From: Auanema rhodensis
Taxonomy: Eukaryota > Animalia > Nematoda
NCBI GenBank assembly: GCA_964057225.1
Contig: OZ059895.1
Location: 14,880,001 to 14,944,000 of the forward strand
DNA: 64,000 nucleotides
Direction of reading: 5' to 3'
Shown here piece after piece: positions 1 through 14,984 of the stretch (positions are counted from its first letter, which is position 1; each line of letters starts with the position of its first letter). The translations under genes were made by a program, and so were the position numbers. Under the pieces are notes generated by a model. The model did not search any database. It saw nothing but the letters and a program-made list of their open reading frames with translations, and was not told the origin of the DNA.

Positions 1-1328
1 GACCATCTAATAGAGAATTCAAGATACTTCCTAGAAAAAAAAATGAACAATTTTAGCTATAATCATGAATATGGATTGAAATAGTAGTAAATCTACTAAC
101 CATCAAGCTCATACCACACAGTATTTTCCAATTCCTGTTTGTGAGTAACATCCATACGCAAATGTAAGTGTCGCATTCGTGATAAATCGATACCTCCCTA
201 ATATATTAAATGAATAATATACATTTTTATGTTATTTTATTACTAGAACTGGTCCTTCCCCCAGGCAGTCTATCGCTGTCATATTCTCTAATATGAGTGA
301 GCTTAGTCCATGAAGACCTCTGAAACGCTTTTGTGATTCAGCAGCAAAGCACCACGGGAAATGAGGACTTCGCGATGACAAGTATAGTGATCTTAAAGAA
401 ACATTTGCGATTTGAAATACTTCGCACATGTCAGACAACTCACTTTGCTTGAACTCGACCGCAGATCTGTTCTAAGAATGCTAAGGCCTGAGCAAAGCGA
501 TCATCAGTCAGCCGACTAACCAGCTTTCGACCTTGCTTTCTAACTTCAAACCTCAATGCTTCCACTTCAACGTATTTCAGAATCTGAATTCAGCATTATC
601 AGCTATATTTCGGTAAAGAACTCTTATCACCTTTCTAATTAAATCACTATCAGCTCGTTGAGGCATTTTGTCACTACCTCCCCAAACACATTCTAAGTTT
701 CCACTTCTATAATTCGAACAATATAGGTTTTTAGATTAAATTCCGTCTATCTATTACCTATGAGCCATGAATAGCTCTCTCTGAGCAAGATTTCCTTCTC
801 TACATTGACGTAATTTATGTTTATAATCTGAAAGAAAGAGAGAAGATGAAATGAATTCCAAATAAATTTCTTTGAAATACCATCTCGAGATCTATCAAAT
901 AAAGAAAAATAATATTGAATAAGGGGATTTGTAAAATCATCTGTAACAAAGTTTCCTTCCATATCCATAACTTGTATGAAACAATGAACGGGCATTCTGA
1001 AGAACACATGTTGTTGCTGTTGCAATATGTGAAATCAATCAATTACAGCCTTTTTTAGCTTTTGTGTTCGTTTAGTTCACTTACAGAGGTAATCGCTTAA
1101 GATTTCCAAGAACGATGCGTCTCCATCTTTTGTTGACCATGGCAACGTTTCCATATATATCAGTGGGGGGCACATGTCCAAAAATCTTAAAAGTTCATAT
1201 TTTTGAATTCTGATGTAGAGAGAGAGAAAGAGAGAGAGTTACAAAAAGGTTACCTTGACTAGAATTTCAGCTGGTAAATACGAAAAATAATCGATTTGTT
1301 CAGGCTCTTGTGACATAGAGCATTCCAT
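1..1328 (-). CDS. F-box domain protein (multi-exon; 3' end lies outside the window)
   Basis: ATG at 1328, downstream of a TTTTTCAG acceptor (~1363-1370). The first two spliced exons read MECSMSQEPEQIDYFSYLPAEILVK|IFGHVPPTDIYGNVAMVNKRWRRIV, a canonical F-box (LP.EIL.KIF...V.KRWR). Further short exons continue toward position 1; I did not resolve them exactly. Confidence 0.8.
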
Positions 1329-4300
1329 TTTCAAAGATTTTTCAGTCTCCTTCTAGCATTTACTGAAAAACGAATTTCATCAAAGAAGTAAATGATAATG
1401 AACAAGAGAGGAGAAAAGTAAGCAAAAAAATTAAACAAGTTTTCGAGAACACGGGTAGAGGGGCTTAAAACAAAGTTGGAACTAACATTTGAAAAATCAT
1501 TAATTTTTTAATTAAAATAGAAGAAATTAATTGCTAAGCTAAATTTAAGAAAATGAAAGAAGTAAAAATGGGCAGAGAATCAAAAAAGATTAGTTATAAG
1601 TGCGCGAATGTGAGCTGAATAGAGGAAAACAACATGTAACTGACTGGTTTTCACTATCTTCTTGTTGAATACGGAGTGTTCTTGCCCAGAAAGGACGACG
1701 TACATTGCAATCATTTTTGTTTTTTATTTATCAAAAAAACGCAAAAGGAAAAAGTATTTTTGACATATAATATGAGGAATGTCTCCGAAAGGCTTGCGCT
1801 CCATAAAAGCTTAGACAAACAACATGAAGAAAAGCCGGATGTCCGTTGTAGTGACTGATAGACAAAGCTGAGGTCGACGCAGGCTTTTCAAGAACAGAAA
1901 TTGGAAGAAATAAGAAAAAATGTGAATTCGAGCGGATTGCCACATATGGATGAGAGAGCAATGTTATATTTATCCAGGCTACGACTGAGAAGAGCAGTCT
2001 ATTGGATTAAAGAGATCACGACGGTGTGTACCGGGCGTACAGCCGTTCCATCACTGCTTCTGAAGCTGGAGGACTGCGACCAAAGAGCTAACTGACGTGT
2101 CGCGAGGGAGGAAGTAAACAATGCGAAGAATAAGTGGATTGAAAAAAAAGAAATGAACAAAGTTTCTCAGGATATCATCTGGCCTGAAACCAGGTTCCGC
2201 GTGAACGGAACCAGTTGAGACTGTCAGTGCGTAGTAATAAACGGAGTAGATGGTACTAGTAGTAGATCACCAGCAAATTGGACTGCAAGCGGGTTCAGGT
2301 GAATATATTTGAAAACGTGAGGCATGAAGAAAGCATGTTGTAAGGCTTTTCTGGAAGTTGGAAGTTGGAGAGACATGAGAAAGGGTAGTAGTGATGTTGT
2401 TGGACAGAAAGCAATCATGATTTCATCGTTACTTTCTGCTATATTCAATATCTTGAAAGCTATTTTCTAATAAACGATTGAAGGGAAATAAAGAAAAAGT
2501 AAAGAAAACAGTTGTGGAATTGTAACATTATGTAAAATTTGAAGTGCTTTTCAATGGAAACATAATGTATTGGTCGGTTTGAAGAAGCAAGCAGGCCGGC
2601 AGATTCACCTAAATGTCCCCCCCCCGTCCATTCATTCAATGCAGAACAAGTAATCCATAAAGAAACTTAGCGAAAGAAGTAGATATTCTCGTTGAAATTT
2701 CGTATTCAAATAAAGAGAATGGGAAGTTTTTCATAGGAAAACCCAGCATTATATTCAGGCTCTGTCTTCCAATAACATAGAAAAATCAAAAAAAAGTTCA
2801 ACAATGTCATGTTAAAGCATGTCAAATAGTAAGAATACAAAGAAAAATGAAATTTATAAATAGTATTATCAACAGAAAAAATGGGAAAAGTGAAAAGTGA
2901 TGGATACACAGAATGAGTGCTAACTCTTCAATTAGAAAAGTGGCAGAAGAAACAAAAAGCTCTTGGCGAAGCTACTGAAGTTTAAATGCTTTATATCGCA
3001 TGTGCACTATTGCCGCTGATGACGACGAACACCTGTCTGGCGGAGGCATTATCTGCTTCAGATTCCAGATGTCTCCGAGACAAGCGGCAACAGCTCATCT
3101 AGCACCACGTGCAGAGGATGGCGAGATTCCACTCCCCTCCTAGGCTATGTGCAGCTTATGCATCTCTTTCTATGTACACACTTAGCTTACGACGCACTCG
3201 TTAGAAATGCTTATTGATCGGTGTTGCTGTTTTGGCACATGGAAAACGAAAAAAAACCTACCTATTTTAGAGTTTTCATAAGAAAGAATAAATAAACAAC
3301 TCCAGAATGACAAATATGAGCGTTAGCCGTAATGCTTGCCAGTTTGTTCACACGATTTACAATCCACACAAGGATCAGAGCGGTGTTGTAAGTTGTACAT
3401 AAGGACTATTGTTGTTTATGAACCAGCTTAATTAGATGAAAGCCTGATTCAATTCCCCAGAGGAAATCAAAGCAGACTTTCTGAAATAAAACAGAAAAAC
3501 GACACTAAAATGCATAAAATAGCAAAGAGAGCAGAGTTTTAACACAGCAACGAATAGCTAAAGCATATGTACATGTAGCTGAACAAGAATGAGGAAGTGC
3601 CTGTTAAGTTCATTTCTTTCAGTGCTTGTAAGGCTGCGTCTCGTCGACATCGATGACGTAGAGCAGACTTTAAATGAATAATGGATATTCTTAAAGACAG
3701 CGTTCCTCGTGGTCTCCTGCAACCCATGTCAATCAGATGCGAGGCAAAAGAAAAAAAAGGAAGTGACATAAGAAGGAATATACATCTGTATTTGTGGCAA
3801 TAAGAAAAAAATATCCAAAGGAATACATATTGAAAAGGGTCGAATACTTGAATACTTGATAGTCATAAAGAAGCAATACTTCTTTTAAGTAGCCTTATAT
3901 TTCAAGAATAAAGTAACTAATTCTGAAAGTGGTTGACATAAATATCTCAAGTAACTTCAAAAATAACGTCAAGTTAATTGCTTGAACGTTAGCTGGCAGA
4001 AAATGAGAAGTGTTGGATGACGGCTACGGCGATGAAAACAAAACTAACCTTCCGATGAATCCAGATTTCAGTTTTCACTTATCAAACTAATGCGTTTATC
4101 TAGTCAGCAGATTCTTTTACAAGCTACTGCAGAATCATAAACTAGTGAGTATCATCGTGATACACAGAGAAAAGGAGGGGAAGTGAGTAAGAGAGAGAGA
4201 GAGAGAGAGAGAGGAAGAGTAAAATAGTAAGCCTACAACCACATGGATGAGCATCCACCAAAGCAAGAGAACAAACAGATAAACAACAACTGGCAAGGGA

Positions 4301-7192
4301 TTCCCTACATTTTCTTTTTTTTTCTAAATTTGTAACACATTGCGACCTTCTCCCAAGGTCGGAGAAAGTTGAACGACATAGATAAATGAAGATCAGGTCT
4401 CACGACGAGAAGTCAGAACAGAGATTAAATGAAGAAAAGTGAAAATAATATTTCAAATGCTTAAGCGGTAATTTGATGTATCGATAAAGCCTTAGAGGAT
4501 TATATTTCAATGAGCTGAGCCTGAATTACAAATTATTTCAATAGGCTTAGAGAAAAAGAAGCTATACGAGCAACAATATCTGTCGAAAACCTACCGAAAA
4601 AATAACATATTGAAAACAAAACATGAAAATAAATGAGAACAGTTGTCTTTTGATAATGTCAAAAAGATCATTCAAGCATAAAGAAGTATTACTGCTTAAT
4701 AAGCAAAGAAAAGGACATCAATTCTCAGCTGACTGTTATCTATTTATCAATTAGCAAGGTGAGACGTTGAAGGTACATCATTACTTATAGGACCACACTT
4801 GATATGCAGCTGATAGATCGACAACATAGTGACGAATTAGCCCATTTCTAACTTTTGTGGCGACGAACCTCACATCCTTCCGTTTCCACGCTAACAATCG
4901 GCCAGAATAAACAATCAAAAGTCATTTGATCTGTCATAAATTTAGCAAAAATGCACAACCTGTCGAAGAAAATACAAGAAAATCATTGAAGAATACAAAA
5001 AAAATCGCCAAACATATACTTTTCGGAGGCTCAGAAGACACAACGCATTGCAATATTCTGAAACGAAATATTTCATTGACAGTACGTTATTGATTACTCT
5101 GCCCTAATCACAACAATAGCTTCTATAAATAACAGAATGTAGGTCATTATACTTGACGAAAACATTAAAATAGTATATTAGCTTCTGTGAACAGACCTAC
5201 AACTGAAAAAATGAAACAAATAATTGTGTGTCGCAAATTCTCAAGAGCTCAAGAGCAGGCTAACTAGGATATAGCAAATAAGGTAAATTATAGATGAAAA
5301 GCCCACGAAAGCATCTCGAGCAAGAAAAACGATATGGATATATATTTATATATAAATATATGTTTGCACTAAACCAACCGCTCACCATCGATGTAGGAAT
5401 GTAAATGAGGATGGCCGAAAGAGCGCGTGAACGGTCTGCGCTAATGCTAATTACACAAATTAAATTATTATTATTTATATTATTATATTAGCCCAAATAC
5501 TAATGAAGAGGTAAAAACTAATAAAGAAGAGAATTTAGAAGTATGACTATCAGTGTTTATGAGGAGATGCGCTGTTTTTTTCAAGAAAATGTGACTCAAA
5601 TTCGTCATCTAAGTAAACTAGGCACTCCAGAAGTTCAAAATTAGATCATAAAGAGTATGACAAATCAGCTGATTATAGAACACAGTAGAGGATAAATGGG
5701 ATTCTGAAGGATTTTTGAGCAGAAACCACATTGCAGAACATTTGCGTGACGTAAAAAGAGACAGTTCGTCCACAAACATTTCTTCCAACCTTCTATCCTT
5801 CTCACTCGTTTGCGAGATGAAGACACTTCAAGTGCTGGTGCACATTTTGAGTTTTTTCGAAATCTTTCTCAACTTTATTATAGAGCTTCACACGATTTAG
5901 TCTCAAGAAAAGGCAAGAAAATGGAAAAAATCTGCAATTGTTGAAAGAAAATTTTCTGAAAAATACAGATAATGACTATTAGTAGCATAGTTTTGAAATT
6001 TAAACCATGAGCCGAAAGCATTTGGTGTAAAAACGGAAATATGATTGCAGGCACTGAAGGGTCAATTATAGTTGGACGCAATGCCAGTCATCCTCACGTG
6101 GCGTTTACAGTCGATTCAGCTATTTGTTTCATCAAATTACTGTGCTTAGGTTTAAAGAGGGAACAGGTCTAGCACCAGCATGATCCCCTCTTACAACCGT
6201 CGTTACAATCATATGCTATCGATAGTACGGCGCGCTAGTTTCCTTATGTTTTACGCTGGCAATGAATAAAGAAGATAGTTATGGTTGACTATGCTTGATC
6301 TTTTGTTATAAAAGAATAAAAGGGAATAGTTAAGGGCAGCTGATGGCCTGGAAGCGAAGAAAACTGAAGAAAAGGCAGACATGGGATAGCAACGACATGG
6401 AAATTGAATGGCAAACAATGATTTCAAATGTAACAAACATAGATAGAAATGAACAACTGATCAGTAATACTGGTTTTGATCTAAAGAAGATGAATGATCT
6501 GGGATTTTTTAAGGGCTGAAGGATAATACACAACATTGCAACAGCAGATCTACAGGCGAATATTCATAACAGTCAATATACGTATTATGTAGAAATCGAA
6601 GAGGCTTATTATGATTGTTGCGATTAACAGTGAGAGAGCGCTATAGCAGATAGACATCCTCTCTCAATTGAATCTATCATAGGCATTTCACTAAAACGAG
6701 CGAAAGTTCAATGAAACGAGATCACAATAGCCGATAAACAGCCGGCTGAACACGGGTTTTCGTCAATGCCATTGGCTGCCTCAGTTTGAATTGGGACAAT
6801 ATATCGCCTTGCGACGCAAACTTTCTCGGGGCTTCAACGTGAAACAGTAGCTAGCCGTACTGCACACTCAAGTGATATTCTAGAAAACTGTATAGACAGA
6901 ACTTGCATGGCGTTGTCTTTATTACACACACACCCCTTCATTTTTTCCCCTAACATGAAGAACGATGGCAAACGAGAATCCCAAACAGGAACTTTTCACT
7001 CTCTATATATATATCCCTTATCCTACATGTTCTATGATTTACTGGAGTTAGCCACATAATGAATGATCTGGTTTATTAGTTAAAACATATAATAATTATG
7101 ATTTTTTAAAAATTAAATAACGTCATGTGACCCGTGATGCCTATAAAGATTTCCTTTTTTCTTTTTTTCAGAAATGAACAATCAATTTATAG

Positions 7193-10100
7193 TTAATCGA
7201 CTTTACTCTCCTCTTGAGATTCGGCTTTTTTCGTGGATTCTCTCAATTTCTGCTCTTCCAAGCATTTCAAGTATCTAGAATTTGAATAGCGGTCATCTTC
7301 CTCCCGGAAAGTGTGAGAACTACAAACCTTAATGCTCGCTTAGCTGCTGTTGTCTTAGCAATTCGATAATTCCTACCCATTCCAGTGAACTTCATTTTAT
7401 TACTTACTTCTACGGTGACTCTAACCTGAAACAATTATGGAATATAGCTTGATTTCGGGAATATTATGCAAACCTTTCCATTTTCAGTAATTCTTTCCAT
7501 CTTACTAAATCTTGTTTTCGATGGTTCAAGTTCCATGAGTTCTCGGATTGGGGATCTTGGTGGATTAGCACAACATTCTTCAATAGTACTCTTCATCAAG
7601 TTATGGAATACTCTCCAAACAACGTCAAGATTTCTACCAGAATCCTGTGAAGAAACACATTCCGCTATGTTTGTATTTACATATAACTAACCAGATATAT
7701 AGCGCCAGCGACGCTTTCAAAGATATCGCTCAAAGCTTTTGGAACTTCAATATCTTCTTCTTGTCCTTCATCAAATTCTTCTTCCGTTGTCACCATATAC
7801 ATCTGAAATCGCACTAGTTTCCAATGAACGAGAATTCCCGAAGTTTATATACCTCAGCATTGAAATTGGCATCGAAGAAGTTCCTCTCTTTACACAGAGC
7901 TACGAACTTCTCGACCATGTTATGAAGACCAGGACACATAGCAAGGAAATGCTAAATTTTGGACTTAAGGTCGAATATGAAGTGCGAATATACCTTGTGA
8001 AAATCAAATTTGACGGCAAGACTAGCGAAGATCGTGTTATTTACCAGGGCTGATCTCAAATCTGTCAATACCTAAGAACAAATACAGTTGAAGTTATTGC
8101 AAGTAATACTAACTCCTGGACTATACTGTCGGCCGTCCTCAAACAAGAATCTAGTGATCATGTAATCAAGAACCGCGTCACCGAGGAATTCGAGTCTCTG
8201 TAGGAAAAATGAAAAAAATAATATGAAGATGTTAGGATAAAGGTTACCTGATAGCATCCAGTTATTCGATTTTTATAGTAACTGGCATGGGTGAAAGCTT
8301 GTAATAGATAAGCTTTGTCATTGAACTGATATCTGAAAGTACAGCATATTAGTATGTCAAATCGTCTGATTCAATCACATACCCAATGACCTTTTCCAGC
8401 CTGTCAAACTTATGCTGTGTGAAAAGAGCTAAAAGTTGTTTTTCAGACATATCCGGATTTTCAGGAGTATCTATAAACCTGAAAACAACAGTACACGTAG
8501 ATCTCACTCGTAGATGATAGATACCGTAAAAGAGGTAGCTCCGACACTACATCAGTGACAAGAACTTTCAATCCAATCCATTTCATGACTTTCAGAGTAG
8601 GTTTTGGACCCAATGTCAGAAGGTGAGCACCAATTATAGCTTCAACAGCATCAGCAATGGACTTGTCACTAATATACTGTTGAGTTAACATGTTATAAGG
8701 TAATGGAGAAATCTCCTCTAGAGCCGCAGACGAAGCTGAGGGCTGAAAGCAGAGCTTTCGTCATACAATTTTTCTGATAATGAGCAAACCTTGGTGAAAG
8801 TAATTGTCTCAACTCCATCTTCAAACTTTCTAGCTGTTGTGCCATCAGCTTGATCCCAACCTGTTGGTGCTTTCACCTAGGATTACTCTTAATATAGATC
8901 TCAAAACTGATATGATTTACTTCTTCAGTAACATCTTTTTTGCCTTCCAACACATCCTCAATGAATTTATCTCGTTCTTCCGCGTCTTCTGTGTTTGGAG
9001 CCTTAAAATCCACAGTAGGCACATAGCACGGTGGAAGCCAAGAATCCTGCACATCGAACTTGGAACCAACAATTAAGTTTGGTATTCCAAGTTTTTTACC
9101 CAAGCGATAGAGATTACAGTTAGAAACCTTAAAATTAAAAATTTGAAATAGAATACTGAGATTATGAAACCTCTTTGCTTCTAGCAAAAGACAATTTTCC
9201 TTCGTGCTGATCAAAATGAGAATGATACAAGTAGTCCGTGACAGCATACTTCAAGAATGAATCTCCGATTGTTTCTAATCTTTCCAAGCTTATTCCTAAA
9301 CCATATATACCGTACTCCAAAAAGAACCAACTACCGTACCATCATTTGCATTGGATGTAGTAAGGGCGGTTAGCAAAAGAGCAGGTGATACTCCATAGGG
9401 ATTGTTGGCCATAAGCTCATCGCCATGAACACCACTTTCCGATAATGGTAATACTGTCGGCGAAGGTTTTTGGAACGAAAATCGACTATTTAAGGACGGA
9501 GCCAGAACACCTCCCTTTGATATACATTTTAGGAATTATTATAAATTGGCATATTTACCTTCAAATCAACAGCAGGTAAGAGTGAAAGGGCTTTTAGATC
9601 CTCCCTTGATTTACGCTCTGCACCTTTTTCAAGAATATCGAACTCTTGTTCTTCGCTTTCTTCCAAAAGCTCCACAGATTCTATAACAATGCAGTTTGTT
9701 ACTAGGGACTCTCTTAATATTCTCTTACGATCATTAGTATCAAACAAATTAAGGTCAACAACGTCCTCAACTACGATCCTATCTCGTTCTTCGGTTTTGA
9801 ATTTCTCCATAGCTTCCGCATAAATTTTCTTGATCGGCTTTAAAGAATTCCTTTAGATCTTAAAATAATGCCAATTCACTAACCATTTCTGGTTCTTTAT
9901 GTGTATTTCCGTTTGCATTAGGTGCCGTAGCAGTAGTACCAGCAAATCCATCAGTCGTCGGGAGAATTTGGCGACTAACATCTGCCATCAAAGCACTCAT
10001 GTTAATGCCTTGCAAGTTATCAGCTCCAATGATTTGCTGAATAAGTATTTGTGAGTTAATGCTTTCCGAGTTTCAAGAACAATCTTACGAAAGGAGAATC

Positions 10101-13100
10101 AGATACAGTGTCCTCTAAATCACCCCAACCACATTCATGACCAATCACATCAACACGTGGTGCAGCAAAATCTGGTTCAGTTTCTAAATATAATACGATA
10201 TATATGCATATAAGACAAGAAAATAACGTGTCATATCAATGAGTGATTGAACAAAATCAGTCATGACGATAGCATCTCCTTCTTCATCATCAGACATTCC
10301 ACCTTCCCGAACGTTAGACGATATCAATCCAACCTACAAGATCATAAGATGTAAGTATTATCATTTCAACACTCTGATGTACCGTTTCATCAACCTCATT
10401 ATCGGGTTTAGATATAGTAACTGGTCCAGAATCAAAACAAGAAGGATCCCATACTCCAATATCAAAGTTCTTAAGAGCTCTTCATACAGAAAGATAGAAA
10501 GTGCAACAGTCAAACCTCGCTGCTAGATGCTTCCTTTGATTCAGTATTTTCAACAAGTTGTTCAGAGCTTTTATTAAATTCTCGAAGTTGCTGAATCTTA
10601 GAAACGATTAAAAATTGCTTCTCTTCGTATGTGGCAGGATACGACAGGGATGGCCAATCAAATTTCTCATCCGGAATAGCTTTTTCCTAAGAAGATGACA
10701 ACTTAAAGCTACAAAGCATGAGAACTTCGTACCTCATCAAATCCAAGTGCATCTGTCATTACTCGTTTACGTAGCTCATCAGACAGTAGAAGATGATTTA
10801 ATCTTTAAAACTGAATTTGGTAAATATTTCATCTGTCATATGAACCTGTAGAAGAAACTTGGTAGAGCAGCTATCAAGTTCCAAAGAGTAGCGGAAATAG
10901 GATGACGTTCCATAAGCTCAGGAACGAAAATCTGTTGTTGAGATCCAGACACATCGGTTCGTACTTTTCGTTTCCCCGAACCATTTCGTGGTAACAGCAA
11001 ATTCAGTCGACTACAGAAACGAAATTGAAAAATAGAAAACCAAATGAAAACTGACTTAGATGTGAAGTCGACGTCCAATAGGCATTGTTCCTGATCATAA
11101 ATCTCTAATTTATATTTTTTGATAAAATATTCATTGAATGTTGTGTATTCGGAATCAGGGAAAGGAGAGCTTGGATTCATATCTTTCAAGATCTACAAAA
11201 CCAACATGAAATTTCTAAATCTCTGATTTGACTTTACTTCAGCAACATAGTAGAAAACTGGCTGGTCCAGATTACGGTACCACGGCATAACAACGGCATC
11301 GATATAATCTTCAGCTCTTAAATAACATGCTTTGTATAAAAAAAATATGAAATTAATTAATTAAAATTATAATATTGAAACAAATCAAATATGCGTTACG
11401 TGAAATCCGCGTGACTTACTATTTTGATAACTCAAATGCAAGAAACGGTTGATTACGCCACTTTAATAAATTTCTATAATTTCTTACAGATAATAATTCA
11501 TATATATATAAAATTGTTTTAAAATAAAATAAAAAGATTGATACCTAAATTTAAATTTCTTTCTTTCTTCACTGTCAGGAGCACGTGGCATAACTCCCAT
11601 GTTGTGAACAACATCAGAAACATACTGCATATTAATCTTGTAAGAAATTTTTCCATCGACATTTTCTGAAAGTTTGTTTTGAAAATTGGAATAATTTATT
11701 ATTTAGTTTACCAATACATAGAGGAACCACTATTGTATTTATAGGTGTGGAATCGTCAGCTCGGAAATCAAGATTTGGCTTAATCAGTTGAAGAACATTC
11801 TTGAAAACATAATGATGGAAATGATGGCATAACTCTAATGTCTGACAGTCTATCACAACCTAAATCAATCTTATAATTTAGTTTTACACAAATATGTTAC
11901 CGGATCGGGAGCGCATACAAGATGAATTCGCATATCTCCCTGCCTTAAGTAGGCGGGGAAACAGGGAATTTTGGGCAGCTTTTTCCGACTTAGAAAACCA
12001 AAAACGTTGTTATATTCTTCAGGATTCCGGAATTTCCTATTTTTTGGATTCGAAGCAGATGATGGTTCTTTTACAAGTTCCAAATGCATTACGTAAATGT
12101 AGCAGGGCTCTCCGATAATAGGGAATGCTTCATGTAAAGCTTTCGCAACCTAACGAAGACAATGAAAAGAACAAAAACGTTAGTTACCTTCTTATCATAT
12201 GGTTGTTTTCTTCGCACCGAACCTACTTTAGCATGAATACCTGGAGCATATTCATCAGGATCTTCATCCAAATGGCTCATCATATTAGCAATGGATTCTC
12301 TGCCAACAGGCAGTAAGTGATCATTCAATTCACCTTTTTGATGAAGTAATTTACATGCCTAAACCGAACAACTTAAAGAATATGAATATCTTTAATCACC
12401 TCTAATGCAACAGCCATCTGAGCATATTTTTTACAGGACATTGGAGTTTTCAACGTAATTGGCTGAAAAACGATATTTTCAAAGAATATATGAGATAATA
12501 ATTACTTCTTTAATCGGAGAATTGATAGGTAACAACAGCTCAGCGAGGTACATTGTCTTCCCTTCATGGAATACAGGAATTATGCGATTTTGAGGGACAA
12601 GTCTTGTGAATATATCAGAAGGTAATTTTGCACAATATCTACAGTTATAATAACAAATAATTGAGAAAGTCAGTTGAAATAATACCTATTGATAAGAGAA
12701 ATAGCTGATGTGAGTTTAACGGCGGCACCAGTCTCAGGAACTGTATATGGCTCGAATAAATCATCGATATTCTTAGTATCATCGAGAAATTCACTAGGAT
12801 TATGAACATTTCGAGCTCTTCTTAGCAGTATCTGAGCAACACAAAACAATAAAAAGATTTCAAATAAATGTTGAGTACCTGTTCAATTTTTAAGAAATTA
12901 CGAACATCTTCTGAAACTTTACACAACTCATCCTCATCGATAAGAACCACATAGTTAGCACCAATTTTCCTTGCACGTCCTTTGGACTACAAATTCCATA
13001 TCGAAAACAAAAAAAATCTAAATAGATATACCTGTACGTAGGCACGATAATCAACAGGCTTGTCAAATTTGACAACTAAATTACAAGTTCGAACATCAAC

Positions 13101-14984
13101 ACCTTCTTCTAATACATTAGTAGAAACAATAATATTACAATCTCCACGACGAAATCCTTTCAAAACCTTAATACATTTAAATTATAAAAAACAAACAATT
13201 GGTTTACATACTTCGTCTTGCCGCTTGTGGTGACCTTGACTATCCTCACTGGATAAGCTTCCTCCGCTAAATCCTACTATATAGTCTGGTTTAATGTATT
13301 TAAACTGGTCCAAACGAGCAATTGATTTTAAAAGATTCTAAAAACTTTTAATTCAAAGAAAACTAATTAATAAACTTACACTCAAAACAAAAGCTACATA
13401 TCGCTGTTCAACAAATATGATACAAGACAATTTACTCTCTTCAGAATAATTTGATAATATTTCGAGTAATCGCACAACCTTGATAGAAATTTAAAATGAT
13501 ATATATGAGTAAAACATACCTTGTGTGGTAAATATTCCTTGAAACTCTCCACAGTATTCAAATTTCTCATCTATAAGACAAAATATTGTATTTGATAACA
13601 ACGATTTGTAATTCATACCGCAGGTGATAACAACTTCCGAATAGTTTGCATGCAAGTTTCTCCCATTAAAAAGAATTCTACAGCTTTATCAGGTAACATA
13701 GATTGCTTTGATAGCTTCTTGAATTGTTTCTCCCATATTTGAGAAACCTAACAATAAGATTTGAGCTTAAATTCGGTATATAAACTCTAACCTTCCATGC
13801 ACCCCATGGTCCTAATATATTTAAAACTGATCTTGTTCTAGTTAATCCTTCAATTATTGGTCTTCTAGGATCAATATCCATATTGAAAACAGTTGTCTCA
13901 TTACAAAATTTTAAATGTCGTTCCTATATAAACACAAAATTCACGAATGAAAAATTAATTTTCATAGATAACATACCAAAATACCGATTATTTCCTCTGC
14001 TTTTGGAACAGAAAGAAGATCGAAGTTCTCACAACTCACGAAGTGCTGAGTTGGCTTAGCACCATATTTAGAAAGCTAAAAAAATACAATTTAACAAATA
14101 TAAACGTAAATTCAAATTAAACCGAAACTAGATTTGAAGATGTTTCTATAGCTGATTCAAGAGCATACTCAAGTTTTCTAAGTTTATCTTCCAACTTATT
14201 GGGAGAAGTCTTATCGTTAATAAGAGATGCTGTCAAACCTAATATACGAGGCCGATCATCTGAAAGATATATACATATCAGTAAATATATTTTGTACATG
14301 CAAACCTTCGGGAAGAGCCTTATAATATTTCATGATTTTATAATACGAGTGTTGTCCTCCCAGAACATGATGACATTCATCGAATATAAGAACCGCAACA
14401 TTAGTTAAGTCAAGAAAAGCATGAAGTAATAAACTCAAAAGAATATCTGCGGTAATAACAATCACCTATATAAGTGAAAATCAATCCAAAGAATATTCAA
14501 CGATTTCTTACATTGTGATTTTCCAAATATTCGGAAAATTTATTTATATCGGAACATATTTGGTTGTTCAAATTCCCATGCATTTTTCCAACTTTCAGAA
14601 GAGTTTGAGTTTGAATATGCTCGGCTTGTTGTTCCACCAAGGTGACTAATTAAGTATTTTATGATTTTAGTTAAGTTTATTGTTCAGCATACCTCTATCA
14701 ACAACAAAAAAAGCTCTCTTTCCGCCATTGCTAATAGAAGGCAGTATTTGTAGAGAGTATTCTTTTAATAATAACACTGCGATAAAAGTTTTTCCTGCTC
14801 CCGTTCCCAATTGAACTATGATATTTCTTTGACAGGCTTTTTCAAGTAATTCAACCTAAATGAATATGATAACAACAAATTGCATTTTTTTATATTTATC
14901 AAGCTGGCAATTTCAAATCCACTAAGTCACCTGATAATCCCGTGGAGTGAAACAAGCGCCTTCAACCTCACGTTCATTCACCAT
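7193..14984 (-). CDS. dcr-1: Dicer endoribonuclease (helicase-DUF283-PAZ-RNase IIIa/IIIb-dsRBD), many short introns
   Basis: Start [18 protein letters not shown]|VELLEKA..GTGAGKT; DECH box IFDECHH; PAZ-like [17 protein letters not shown]; RNase IIIa [12 protein letters not shown]; RNase IIIb [13 protein letters not shown]; ds[20 protein letters not shown]; TAA at 7193-7195. Confidence 0.98.

Noticed and set aside
4542-4550. TAGGCTTAG (minus strand CUAAGCCUA after a U-rich run), resembling a nematode telomerase RNA template
   Set aside because: A 9-nt match to some permutation of the repeat is expected by chance in 64 kb on two strands. No pseudoknot or H/ACA domain was seen nearby, and it is not in an identified intron.
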